A DNA stretch of 64,000 bases from a virus: the IMG/VR virus record IMGVR_UViG_3300047476_000521, positions 72,103 to 136,102 of that record; one strand, given 5' to 3'. Below the pieces are notes generated by a model, which had not been told where the DNA came from, did not search any database, and saw only the letters and a program-made list of their open reading frames with translations. How positions within the stretch are numbered: the stretch's first letter is position 1; each line of letters opens with the position of its first letter. Below are positions 10,712 to 20,233 of this stretch, piece after piece. Both the position numbers and the translations under genes were made by a program.

Positions 10712-12544
10712 ATGGCAGAATTATTCGGCTTCGAATTCAGAAAAAAACGCCCAGAACCAGAATTACCTTCGTTTGCTCCAGAGAGAGATTCAGACGACGG
10801 AGCAGTTGTCGTTTCAGCAGGAGGTGCGTTTGGCACGTATGTTGATCTTGATGGTACAGTAAGATCAGAAGCTGAGCTAGTTACAAAATATCGTGAGATG
10901 TCACTACAACCAGAATGCGATGCTGCTGTTGATGAAATTGTAAACGAATCTATTGCTATAGACGAAGAACACGTTGTAAAGATCAATCTTGAAGATCTAA
11001 AAGTAAACGATAATATTAAGAAGGCTATTCGTGAAGAATTTCAGAATTGTTTAAATATTCTTGAATTTAACAAATATGCTTACGAAATTTATCGTCGTTG
11101 GTATATTGATGGTCGTTTATATTATCATGTAATCATTGATGACAAGAACCCATCAGCAGGTATTAAAGAAGTAAGATACGTCGACCCACGTAAGATTCGT
11201 AAAGTCCGTGAGGTCCAAAAGAAAAAGATTCAAGCAAACAATCCAGGCGATGCAGTTGTTACTAAAACTGTTAATGAATATTTTATCTTCAACGATAAAG
11301 GTTTTAACTTTGGTAATAAAGCAGTGGGACCATCAACTACAGGTCTAAAGATCGCTAGGGATTCTATTCTACACGTTGTGTCAGGTCTAACAGACAATCA
11401 AGGCACAATGGTTCTTTCCTATCTTCATAAAGCTATTAAGCCTCTCAATCAATTAAGAACATTAGAAGACGCTCTAGTTATCTATCGTCTTGCTCGTGCA
11501 CCAGAACGTCGTATTTGGTATATTGACGTTGGTAATCTTCCTAAGATGAAGGCCGAGCAGTATGTTCGTGACATTATGGTAAAGCATAAGAACCGTTTAA
11601 TTTATGACGCCCAAACAGGCGACATCAGAGATGACCGCAAGTTCATGACTATGTTAGAAGACTATTGGCTTCCTCGTCGCGAAGGTGGTAGAGGTACGGA
11701 GGTTACTACCCTACCAGGCGGTCAGACACTAGGACAGATGGATGACGTTTTGTATTTCCAGAAGAAATTCTTAAACTCTCTAAACGTCCCAGTGTCAAGA
11801 TTAAATTCCGATGCTCTATTCTCAGTTGGTAGAGCTACTGAAATTACTAGAGACGAATTAAAGTTTACTAAGTTCACAACAAGACTAAGAAACAGATTCG
11901 CTCATCTCTTCAGTAAAATGTTAGAAAAACAATTAGTGCTGAAGGGTATTTGCACTTTAGAAGATTGGAAATTATTTTCCGATAATATTCGTTTTGATTT
12001 CTCTAAGGATAATTACTTCACTGAACTTAAAGATTCTGAAATTCTTGAAGGTAGAATTAATCAAGCTAGAAACGTTCAAGATATGATTGGTAAATATTAT
12101 TCTCACGATTGGGTTCGTAAAAACGTTCTCCGACAGTCAGATGAAGATATTATCAATAACGATAAGAATATTAAGATCGAGAATAAACTTTCGGAGCAAG
12201 GCGATTATAGATGGGTCAACCCAACTGTAATAAACAATGAAATGTTACTACAACAAGCCGAAGCTCAAATGCAACAACAGCAAGAAGCATTGCAACAGCA
12301 GCAACAACAACTTCAACCTGGTACAGAAGGTTCTACTGAATCTGATCCTGAAATGGCTCAGAAAATGGAACAAGTACGTAATGCTCAAATCATCGTAGAC
12401 CAGATGAAGAAAATGCCAAAAGCTAATAGAACTATGGCCGACGAAGCCAAGTATAAAGCAGCAGTGCAAATAATTGCTAAAAATCCAGATTTAGTAAGCA
12501 GAGCGCAAGCAGGTGGCGCTCCGCAACCAACTCAACAACAATAA
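10712..12544 (+). CDS. gp20: Portal vertex protein gp20 with Q-rich C-terminal extension
   Basis: RAPERR..YIDVGNLPK.KAEQY, EDYWLPRREGGRGTE.TTLPGG. Confidence 0.97.
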   Translation: MAELFGFEFRKKRPEPELPSFAPERDSDDGAVVVSAGGAFGTYVDLDGTVRSEAELVTKYREMSLQPECDAAVDEIVNESIAIDEEHVVKINLEDLKVNDNIKKAIREEFQNCLNILEFNKYAYEIYRRWYIDGRLYYHVIIDDKNPSAGIKEVRYVDPRKIRKVREVQKKKIQANNPGDAVVTKTVNEYFIFNDKGFNFGNKAVGPSTTGLKIARDSILHVVSGLTDNQGTMVLSYLHKAIKPLNQLRTLEDALVIYRLARAPERRIWYIDVGNLPKMKAEQYVRDIMVKHKNRLIYDAQTGDIRDDRKFMTMLEDYWLPRREGGRGTEVTTLPGGQTLGQMDDVLYFQKKFLNSLNVPVSRLNSDALFSVGRATEITRDELKFTKFTTRLRNRFAHLFSKMLEKQLVLKGICTLEDWKLFSDNIRFDFSKDNYFTELKDSEILEGRINQARNVQDMIGKYYSHDWVRKNVLRQSDEDIINNDKNIKIENKLSEQGDYRWVNPTVINNEMLLQQAEAQMQQQQEALQQQQQQLQPGTEGSTESDPEMAQKMEQVRNAQIIVDQMKKMPKANRTMADEAKYKAAVQIIAKNPDLVSRAQAGGAPQPTQQQ

Positions 12545-12553
12545 GGTGTTATT

Positions 12554-12769
12554 ATGACAGATCATAAATATGAAATGACAGATTTAGTTGTAGCTGCTCT
12601 AGAGCAAAAGCCAACAGATTTCGAGGCTGCGTTCAATGATTTGATTATTGATCGCATCTCAGCAGCTATAGAAGATAAAAAAATTGCTGTTGCTCAGCAA
12701 ATGTATGGTTACAATTCTGAAGAAGAAATAGATAACTCAGAGGAAGAGGATTATGGCGAAGAGTCTTAA
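12554..12769 (+). CDS. Prohead core protein (gp67-like)
   Basis: Small acidic ORF after the portal; T4 synteny. Confidence 0.55.
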   Translation: MTDHKYEMTDLVVAALEQKPTDFEAAFNDLIIDRISAAIEDKKIAVAQQMYGYNSEEEIDNSEEEDYGEES

Positions 12770-13349
12770 AGATATTTTAGCTGGTCAGAAGAAAAGCAAA
12801 GTTTCTCCGCCAGACATCGACGATAAAAACCTTTATCAGTGGAATGGTCCTGATGGTGTAAAGTTCATCAAGAAGCATGAAATTGAAACTCATGATTATC
12901 CTCATGATGCTGAAGCTGCGTTCAAGGGTAAGAAGGGCGGGTCAGAAAAAACTACGAAGTATAAGTTCCAGAAAGATGGAGTTTATGAAGCCTCTTGTAA
13001 TCAAACAAACGAAGGCGTAATGTGCGAAGTTCATGGTGAAGCTGCCTGTCCTACTGGTACAGAACCAAAGGATATGAAAAAGGGTAAGAAGGTTCTTCTT
13101 GATAAGAAAATTAAAGAAGAAGCTATTAACGAAGTAGCTCCAAAAAACCCAAAGATTGAAAAGTGGATTAAGTCCAACAAAGAACGTTTCGTAAAAGAAT
13201 ACGGTAAAGAAAAAGGCATGCAGGTTCTTTATGCTAAGGCATGGAAGATGCATGGTCAGTCAGAGTCAGGAACAGCAACTAATACAGATTATACTGGACC
13301 AGGCGCTGCAGGATATACTACTGGTAGATTAGATGTGGGGACTCTATAA
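12753..13349 (+). CDS. Head-associated protein (gp68 position)
   Basis: Position between gp67 and gp21; K/E-rich; F...YG..KG..V.YA.AWK motif. Confidence 0.4.
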   Translation: MAKSLKDILAGQKKSKVSPPDIDDKNLYQWNGPDGVKFIKKHEIETHDYPHDAEAAFKGKKGGSEKTTKYKFQKDGVYEASCNQTNEGVMCEVHGEAACPTGTEPKDMKKGKKVLLDKKIKEEAINEVAPKNPKIEKWIKSNKERFVKEYGKEKGMQVLYAKAWKMHGQSESGTATNTDYTGPGAAGYTTGRLDVGTL

Positions 13350-13594
13350 TGTTTATTAAATTACTTGGCGCCGAAAGAGCAATCTCAACAGCAAACAATT
13401 TTGGTAACACTGCAAATCTTTGTAGAGTTGTGAATCCAACTACTGCAGCTGTTTTAAACATCGCTTATGCTAACGGAGTTGTATACGCTAACACAACAGT
13501 TACAAATACAGCACCAATCTTTGTCGTTAAAGATTTAACAGACACACTTCAAGGAACTGGTATGTTAGCAACACCAGTCGCTTACAGAGGGTAA
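13349..13594 (+). CDS. Hypothetical small virion-module protein
   Basis: ORF translationally coupled in the head operon. Confidence 0.5.
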   Translation: MFIKLLGAERAISTANNFGNTANLCRVVNPTTAAVLNIAYANGVVYANTTVTNTAPIFVVKDLTDTLQGTGMLATPVAYRG

Positions 13595-13595
13595 A

Positions 13596-14258
13596 ATGAA
13601 ACTCATCGCCGAATTAACAGAAGATACACAATATATCACAGAGAGATCCGAAGACGGTAAGAAACATCATTACATTACTGGCCGCTTCATGACTGCTGAA
13701 GAAAAGAACAAGAATGGTAGACTATATAAGAAAGACATTCTTGAAAAAGAAGTAGAAAGATATCTCAGAGAAGTTGTAAAAGCAAAAAGAGCTTTCGGCG
13801 AACTAAATCATCCTGCTGGTCCGACAATTAATTTAGATCGCGTTTCTCACATCATCACAGAACTTAATTGGGATGGTAATTTTGTTAATGGTAAAGCCAA
13901 AATAACATCAACGCCTATGGGCGAAATTGCTCGTGGTCTCCTAGAATCAGGCGGACAGCTTGGCGTTTCTACTCGTGGTATGGGATCTTTGAAAGAAAGC
14001 AATGGAGTTATGGTTGTTCAACCAGACTTTAAACTTTCTACAGTTGATATCGTTTCCGACCCAAGCGGACCAGGTTGTTTTGTAAATGGTATTATGGAAA
14101 ATGTTGATTGGATCTATGATCCAGTTCATAACACATGGCACGAAGAAAAACTTCATGAAACAAAGAAGTATATTCATACTCTATCAAAATCGCAGTTAGA
14201 AGAAAAGAAACTTGCTATTTTTGAAGAGTATTTATCATCCCTAACTCTAAAAGACTAA
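13596..14258 (+). CDS. gp21: Prohead protease gp21
   Basis: N.NGR.Y, A.GEL.HP, LGVS.RG.GSL, DIVSDPS. Confidence 0.95.
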   Translation: MKLIAELTEDTQYITERSEDGKKHHYITGRFMTAEEKNKNGRLYKKDILEKEVERYLREVVKAKRAFGELNHPAGPTINLDRVSHIITELNWDGNFVNGKAKITSTPMGEIARGLLESGGQLGVSTRGMGSLKESNGVMVVQPDFKLSTVDIVSDPSGPGCFVNGIMENVDWIYDPVHNTWHEEKLHETKKYIHTLSKSQLEEKKLAIFEEYLSSLTLKD

Positions 14259-14262
14259 TTAA

Positions 14263-14270
14263 TATAAATA
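14263..14270 (+). promoter_or_regulatory. T4-type late promoter upstream of gp22
   Basis: TATAAATA. Confidence 0.8.
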
Positions 14271-14301
14271 TAATAAATTTCTAAAATAGGAGACTATTTA
14301 A

Positions 14302-15462
14302 ATGGCTAATAACGAACACGACCTCGAGGACTTTGTTGAACTAGAAGATATTGCTGTATCTGAAGCAAAGCACGAAGAGGAAGAAGAAGAGGAAGAAGAC
14401 GAAGAGTCTTCTAAGAAGATGAAGAAGAAAAAGCACGAAAAGAAAGATGATGTTTCAGAAGAAACTCTTGCTGCTTCATCACTACATCCAAAGGCACGTT
14501 CATCAGACCCAATGTCAAAGCTTGGCGCTATGCATGGTGTTATGAATGTAATGGCCGGAATGGGTAAGTCAGATCTTATCAATTTCTTCAATCAGGTTCA
14601 GTCTCAGTTTGGTCCAGGTAAGGATTATGGCGTTGGCGATAAGTCAGCCGCTAATCAGTCAACTCTTGACATGAAGCCTTCCGATGCTACTGGTAAGTCT
14701 GCACCAAAGACTCGTGACGCTATGCCTAAGCTAAACGTCAAGGAAGACATTGAAGAAATGTTCAATGGTCAGGATCTTTCAGAAGAATTTAAGGATAATG
14801 TTGCTACTCTATTCGAAGCAGCTGTTTCCGCAAGAATGGTTGCTGAAACTGCTCGTCTTGAAGAAGCATATGAAGAAGCACTACAGGAAGAAATTGCAAA
14901 CTTCGGCGAAGAACTAACATCAAAGCTCGACACATATCTCGATTATGTTGTTGAAAACTGGATGAAGGAAAACGAAGTAGCTATTGAATCAACCCTACGC
15001 AATGAACTCGCAGAAGAGTTCATGGAAGGATTGAAGAACCTATTCGCTGAGCACTATATTAGTGTACCAGAAGAAAAGGTCGATGTTCTAGAAGCAATGG
15101 CTGAAAAGGTTGCTGCCCTAGAAGAAAAACTTGATGAAACTATTACTGAGAACTTTGAGCTAAAGAGCCTTGCTGCTGAGAACGAAAGACAGGACATTGT
15201 TGAAAGTCTTGCTTCCGATCTAGCATTGACACAGCAGGAAAAGTTCGCTGCTCTTGTTGAAGGTATCGAGTTTGATGGTGATCTTGACACTTATGCTAAG
15301 AAGCTAATGATTGTCAAAGAAAACTATTTTAAGGTTGAATCAACTTCGCATTCTTCAAACATTGAAGAAGAAACTTTTGAAGGAGAAGTAAGCGAAACTA
15401 AGAACGTCGACCCAACAGTAGGACGTTATCTAGCCGCTATCTCCAGAACAGTTAAAAAGTAA
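14302..15462 (+). CDS. gp22: Prohead scaffolding/core protein gp22
   Basis: LSEEFK....T.FEAAV, YLDYVVE.W..EN..A; acidic coiled coil. Confidence 0.92.
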   Translation: MANNEHDLEDFVELEDIAVSEAKHEEEEEEEEDEESSKKMKKKKHEKKDDVSEETLAASSLHPKARSSDPMSKLGAMHGVMNVMAGMGKSDLINFFNQVQSQFGPGKDYGVGDKSAANQSTLDMKPSDATGKSAPKTRDAMPKLNVKEDIEEMFNGQDLSEEFKDNVATLFEAAVSARMVAETARLEEAYEEALQEEIANFGEELTSKLDTYLDYVVENWMKENEVAIESTLRNELAEEFMEGLKNLFAEHYISVPEEKVDVLEAMAEKVAALEEKLDETITENFELKSLAAENERQDIVESLASDLALTQQEKFAALVEGIEFDGDLDTYAKKLMIVKENYFKVESTSHSSNIEEETFEGEVSETKNVDPTVGRYLAAISRTVKK

Positions 15463-15467
15463 TTTAT

Positions 15468-15475
15468 TATAAATA
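15468..15475 (+). promoter_or_regulatory. T4-type late promoter upstream of gp23
   Basis: TATAAATA. Confidence 0.8.
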
Positions 15476-15509
15476 GATAAAGTATATTTTCTAGTAGAAA
15501 GGAAAACAA

Positions 15510-16886
15510 ATGTATCTAGCTGAGGAAATTCAAAACAAGTGGGCACCAGTCCTTGACCATGACGCTCTTGGCGCCATTAAGGATCAGCACCGCCGTTCAG
15601 TCACTGCAGTTATGCTCGAGAACACAGAGAAGGCTCTCCGTGAATCAGCAGCACACGGTGACTATCAGACACTAACAGAAACAAGTTCACTAGTTCCATC
15701 TAACCTAATGGGCGCTTCAAGCTCCACTCAGGGTACTGGTGGTATCGATACTTTCGATCCAGTTCTTATTTCTCTAGTTCGTCGTGCAATGCCAAACCTA
15801 ATGGCATACGACATCTGCGGCGTTCAGCCAATGACTGGACCAACTGGTCTTATCTTCGCAATGCGTTCACGTTATGCTAATACAACTAGCTATAACAACG
15901 CTGGCGCAGAAACATTCTATAACGAAGTTAACACTCAGTTCTCTTCTGTTACATCTGGTGCTAACACCTTCGGTCAGAAGCATGTTGGTACTATCCCAGG
16001 TGCAACTAACACTTCACCACTAACAGCAGTCAACACCTATAACACTGGTGCTGCAATGGGTACTTTCCAGGCTGAAGCTCTTGGAACTGACTCAAACACT
16101 GCTTTCCCACAGATGGCATTCTCAATTGAGAAGGTTACTGTTACAGCTAACACTCGTGCTCTAAAGGCAGAGTATACTATGGAACTAGCCCAGGATCTTA
16201 AGGCTATCCATGGTCTCGACGCTGAAACAGAACTAGCTAACATTCTTTCAGCAGAAATTCTAGCTGAAATCAACCGTGAAGTTGTTCGTACTATCAACAT
16301 CACTGCTGAGGCTGGCGCTCAGGAAAACACAACTACTCCAGGCGTGTTCGATCTTGACACTGACTCAAACGGTCGTTGGTCAGTTGAAAAGTTCAAGGGT
16401 CTAATGTTCCAGCTAGAGCGTGAAGCTAACCAGATCGCCAAGCAGACTCGTCGTGGTAAGGGTAACATCGTTATCTGTTCTTCAGACGTTGCTTCTGCTC
16501 TACAGATGGCTGGTGTTCTTGACTACGCTCCTGCTCTTAATTCAAACAACCTACAGGTTGACGATACTGGAAATACTTTCGCTGGTATTCTAAATGGTCG
16601 TCTACGTGTTTATATCGATCCATACGCTCTTGGCGGAAACTATCTAACTGTTGGTTATAAGGGTTCATCAGCTTTCGACGCTGGTCTATTCTATTGCCCA
16701 TACGTTCCACTACAGATGGTTCGTGCAGTTGATCAGTCAAGCTTCCAGCCAAAGATCGGCTTTAAGACTCGTTACGGCATGGTCGCAAACCCATTCGCTG
16801 AAGGTCTTACACAGGGCTTTGGTCGTTCTAACGTTATTAGCACTAACAAGTACTATCGTAGAGTTATTGTTACTAACCTTATGTAA
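15510..16886 (+). CDS. gp23: Major capsid protein gp23
   Basis: GVQPMTGPTGLIFAMR, ELAQDLKAIHGLDAE, FQPKIGFKTRYG. Confidence 0.98.
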   Translation: MYLAEEIQNKWAPVLDHDALGAIKDQHRRSVTAVMLENTEKALRESAAHGDYQTLTETSSLVPSNLMGASSSTQGTGGIDTFDPVLISLVRRAMPNLMAYDICGVQPMTGPTGLIFAMRSRYANTTSYNNAGAETFYNEVNTQFSSVTSGANTFGQKHVGTIPGATNTSPLTAVNTYNTGAAMGTFQAEALGTDSNTAFPQMAFSIEKVTVTANTRALKAEYTMELAQDLKAIHGLDAETELANILSAEILAEINREVVRTINITAEAGAQENTTTPGVFDLDTDSNGRWSVEKFKGLMFQLEREANQIAKQTRRGKGNIVICSSDVASALQMAGVLDYAPALNSNNLQVDDTGNTFAGILNGRLRVYIDPYALGGNYLTVGYKGSSAFDAGLFYCPYVPLQMVRAVDQSSFQPKIGFKTRYGMVANPFAEGLTQGFGRSNVISTNKYYRRVIVTNLM

Positions 16887-16921
16887 TTTGTTTTCGGACG
16901 AAGAGCCGAAAACTAGAAACT

Positions 16922-16949
16922 GGGGCGGTCTTCGGATCGCCCCTTTTTT
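16922..16949 (+). terminator. Rho-independent terminator after gp23
   Basis: GGGGCGGTC-TTCG-GATCGCCCC-TTTTTT. Confidence 0.92.
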
Positions 16950-16951
16950 CA

Positions 16952-16959
16952 TATAAATA
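16952..16959 (+). promoter_or_regulatory. Late promoter upstream of gp3
   Basis: TATAAATA. Confidence 0.8.
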
Positions 16960-16976
16960 GTTGAAAAGGAGTTAAC

Positions 16977-17498
16977 ATGTCAGCGATAGATAATACGCCT
17001 TCTAATAGAAATTTTCTTTCACCTTTAAACTTCAAATTTCAATTGAAGCGTTCGCCCCATGTTAACTTTTTTATTCAAAAAGTAAATATTCCTCCCATGG
17101 AATTACCACCAATAGCTTCACCAAACCCTTTCGTGAACATCCCATATTCTGGTGAACATATCAGTTATGGAAACCTTTCCATAACTTTTAAAGTAGATGA
17201 AGATCTTCAGAATTACCTCGAGATTCATAACTGGGTAAAAGCTTTAGGTAAGCCAAAGGATTTCGAAGAGTATAGAAATATTTCTTCTAAGCAAGAATAT
17301 ACAGGCGAAGGGCTGAAATCTGATATATCTTTAATGGTTTTATCCAGCACTAAATCTGCAAACTATGATATAACTTTTGCAGATGCTTTTCCTATTTCTC
17401 TTTCGGGTATTGTTTTTAATACTACAGATGAAAATGTCATATATACAGAAGCTTCGGCCGAGTTTAAATATACTTACTATGACATAATAAAAGTTTGA
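16977..17498 (+). CDS. gp3: Tail completion/tube terminator gp3
   Basis: NFLSP..F.F, F.VDEDL.NY.EIHNW, FP.SLS. Confidence 0.88.
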   Translation: MSAIDNTPSNRNFLSPLNFKFQLKRSPHVNFFIQKVNIPPMELPPIASPNPFVNIPYSGEHISYGNLSITFKVDEDLQNYLEIHNWVKALGKPKDFEEYRNISSKQEYTGEGLKSDISLMVLSSTKSANYDITFADAFPISLSGIVFNTTDENVIYTEASAEFKYTYYDIIKV

Positions 17499-17523
17499 CA
17501 ATTTTCTAGAAATATAGTAATAT
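17495..17523 (+). promoter_or_regulatory. Sigma70-like early/middle promoter upstream of uvsY
   Basis: TTGACA-17 nt-TAATAT. Confidence 0.55.
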
Positions 17524-17553
17524 AAAATATTAGATGAAAACTGTGAGAGAGTT

Positions 17554-17988
17554 ATGACTATTGATGAAATCTTAGAAAATTGGCAAGTTGATGCAAAGAT
17601 CGATAATACTGAACTGGGTCAAGAAGCCCTCAATATACCGAAGCTACATCATAAATATTATAAAATTTTTGTCAAGGAAAAACTGATTCTCAGAAAACAA
17701 GAGACAGAATTAAAGCGTCTAAAGCTTGACAAATTTGAATTTTTCACACAAGGCCCAAACGAAGAGACAAAAGATAAAGGTTGGAAGCTTCCTCCAAAAG
17801 GTATGATCCTAAAGGGAGATATACCAATGTATATGGATGCTGATGAAGACATTATTAATTTGTCTCTTAAAATTGGTTATCAACAAGAAAAGATAGAACT
17901 TCTAGAATCAATCATTAAGACTATTGTTAATAGAAGTTTTCATATTGGTAATGCTATTGATTGGCAAAAGTTCACCATGGGAGCATAA
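17554..17988 (+). CDS. uvsY: Recombination mediator UvsY
   Basis: W..D..ID...L..E...IP.LH.KY; I.NAIDW.KF..G; upstream of uvsW. Confidence 0.9.
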   Translation: MTIDEILENWQVDAKIDNTELGQEALNIPKLHHKYYKIFVKEKLILRKQETELKRLKLDKFEFFTQGPNEETKDKGWKLPPKGMILKGDIPMYMDADEDIINLSLKIGYQQEKIELLESIIKTIVNRSFHIGNAIDWQKFTMGA

Positions 17989-19442
17989 TGGATACTGTTC
18001 AAGTAGAAAAATACGACGAGGTTTACATAAAGATAAAAGCTGAACCCTCGATCATGATGGAATTGAGTGAATATTTTACATTCGAAGTTCCTGGTGCTAA
18101 GTTCATGCCTGCTTATCGTTCTAAGTTTTGGGACGGTAAGATTAGGCTTTTGAATGTAATGACTGGTTTGCTATATGCTGGTCTTACAAAATACATTGAA
18201 GAGTTCTGTAAGTCTAGAGAATACGAACTAGAATATACATCAGACTTCTCTTCTGAAAATTTTTCTGTGAAAGAAGCAAAAGATTTCATAGAAAAACTAA
18301 AGCCAACCATGCAGCCAAGAGATTATCAGATTGATGCTTTCGTTCACGCTGTAAGAGAACGTAGAGCTCTACTTCTTTCTCCAACTGCTTCTGGTAAGTC
18401 GTTTATTATTTATTTACTTGTGAGGTATTATGCAAAAAGAACTCTCATCATTGTACCAACTACTTCTCTTGTTAGCCAGCTTTCCAGTGATTTTGCTGAC
18501 TATGGTTTCGACTCCGATACTTTTGTTCATCGTGTGTTCGCTGGACAGGACAAGGGAACAACAAAACCTATCACCATCACAACTTGGCAAAGCGTATACA
18601 AGTTACCTAAAGAATTCTTTGATTCATTTGATGTTGTCATCGGAGACGAAGCTCATCTCTTCAAAGCAAAATCTCTTACTTCTATACTTACTAAATTATC
18701 CGGAACACGCTACCGTTTTGGATTTACCGGAACATTGGATGGTTCTGAAACCCACCGCCTCGTTCTTGAAGGGCTCTTTGGAGCAGTCAGAAGAGTAACT
18801 ACTACTGCTGAGTTGATAGAGCAGAAGCATCTAGCTGACTTTAAGATCAAAGCTATTGTTCTTTCTTATCCAGATGAAGTAAGAAAGATGATAGCCAAGG
18901 CCAATGATTATCAGGCAGAGATGGATTACCTGGTTAGATTAGAAGCAAGAAATAAATTCATTCGTAATCTAACTCTTTCATTAGAAGGTAACACTCTATT
19001 ACTTTTTCAATACGTAGAAAAACATGGTAAAGCATTATTCAACGATCTTACTAAAGAAGCTGGAAAGAATCGTAACGTATTTTTCGTCTCAGGCGAAGTT
19101 AGTGGCGACGATCGCGAAGGAATTCGTAAAATTGTCGAAGAAGAGAGCAATGCTATTATCGTTGCAAGTTTTGGTACTTTTTCCACTGGTGTTAATATAC
19201 GAAACCTTCACAATATTATATTTGCCTCGCCTTCGAAGTCTCGTATCCGCAATCTTCAATCGATCGGAAGAGGACTAAGAAAATCTGAGTCTAAGACAAG
19301 TTCAACTCTATATGATATAGCTGATGATATGTCTTGGAAGAATAAGAAGAACTATACGTTACTACACTTTATGGAAAGAATTAAAACATATAACGAAGAG
19401 AAGTTTGAATACAAGATCTATAAAGTAGGAATAGATATTTAA
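17988..19442 (+). CDS. uvsW: SF2 helicase UvsW
   Basis: SPTASGKS, DEAH, TGT, QSIGRGLR. Confidence 0.95.
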   Translation: MDTVQVEKYDEVYIKIKAEPSIMMELSEYFTFEVPGAKFMPAYRSKFWDGKIRLLNVMTGLLYAGLTKYIEEFCKSREYELEYTSDFSSENFSVKEAKDFIEKLKPTMQPRDYQIDAFVHAVRERRALLLSPTASGKSFIIYLLVRYYAKRTLIIVPTTSLVSQLSSDFADYGFDSDTFVHRVFAGQDKGTTKPITITTWQSVYKLPKEFFDSFDVVIGDEAHLFKAKSLTSILTKLSGTRYRFGFTGTLDGSETHRLVLEGLFGAVRRVTTTAELIEQKHLADFKIKAIVLSYPDEVRKMIAKANDYQAEMDYLVRLEARNKFIRNLTLSLEGNTLLLFQYVEKHGKALFNDLTKEAGKNRNVFFVSGEVSGDDREGIRKIVEEESNAIIVASFGTFSTGVNIRNLHNIIFASPSKSRIRNLQSIGRGLRKSESKTSSTLYDIADDMSWKNKKNYTLLHFMERIKTYNEEKFEYKIYKVGIDI

Positions 19443-19462
19443 CTTCAACTGGTGCACTAGTG

Positions 19463-19490
19463 ATTATACTCGTGCTTGTCAAAAAGTCAA
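19463..19490 (-). promoter_or_regulatory. Sigma70-like promoter on the minus strand pointing into the uvsW 3' end
   Basis: Reverse complement TTGACT-ttttgacaagcacgag-TATAAT, near-identical in layout to the + strand promoter at 35412-35439. Confidence 0.55.
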
Positions 19491-19500
19491 GGAATATATT

Positions 19501-20055
19501 ATGGAAGTAAAAAAGTCTAAGAGAAAAACAAATTACATCAACAACAAGACTCTCTACGGAGCGATGATTCATTATAAAAATGATTTACAACATGCGTTAG
19601 AACACGATGCTGATAAACCACAAGTCCCGAGGTATATCGGCGAATCTATTCTTTTAATTTGTAACAACCTAGCCAAGAAACCAAATTTCTCAGGTTACAC
19701 TTATAAACAGGATATGATTAGTGATGGTATTATGGACTGTATATCCGCAGTAGATAATTTCGATCCAGATAAAACAAATAATCCTTTTGCTTATTTTACA
19801 CAGATTGCTTGGAATGCTTTTCTTAGAAGAATCCAGAAAGAAAAGAAACAGACATACATTAAACACAAAAATTACATCAACTCTAATTTGATGGAAGATA
19901 TCGCTAGAGAAATGTATATTACTGGTAATAAAATCAACAACGAGTATTCAGATGAAATGGTTCGCAACTTTGAAGATAAGTTGACAAAAACCAAAAAACC
20001 GAGTAAACTTACTGGAGTAGAAAAATTCTCAGAGGTAGAAAACGATGAAGAATGA
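19501..20055 (+). CDS. gp55: Late-transcription sigma factor gp55
   Basis: NYINNK, PNFSGYTY..DMISDG, NPFAYFTQI..NAF.RRI.KEK. Confidence 0.95.
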   Translation: MEVKKSKRKTNYINNKTLYGAMIHYKNDLQHALEHDADKPQVPRYIGESILLICNNLAKKPNFSGYTYKQDMISDGIMDCISAVDNFDPDKTNNPFAYFTQIAWNAFLRRIQKEKKQTYIKHKNYINSNLMEDIAREMYITGNKINNEYSDEMVRNFEDKLTKTKKPSKLTGVEKFSEVENDEE

Positions 20056-20233
20056 ACATCTCGTTCCTGTCAATGTGCAGGATATAGCAAACAGATTGTA
20101 TGATAAAAATCTTAGCGCCAATGAACGACTAGTGCTACTACAGCGTCTAGATGCTATTCGAGAGTATACTGAGGCGCAGTATAAGAAGCATAATTTCGTA
20201 GACTTTGGTCAGACGTATTCAGGTAGAAAATGA
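20045..20233 (+). CDS. Hypothetical protein
   Basis: Coupled ORF with GAGG RBS. Confidence 0.55.
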   Translation: MKNEHLVPVNVQDIANRLYDKNLSANERLVLLQRLDAIREYTEAQYKKHNFVDFGQTYSGRK

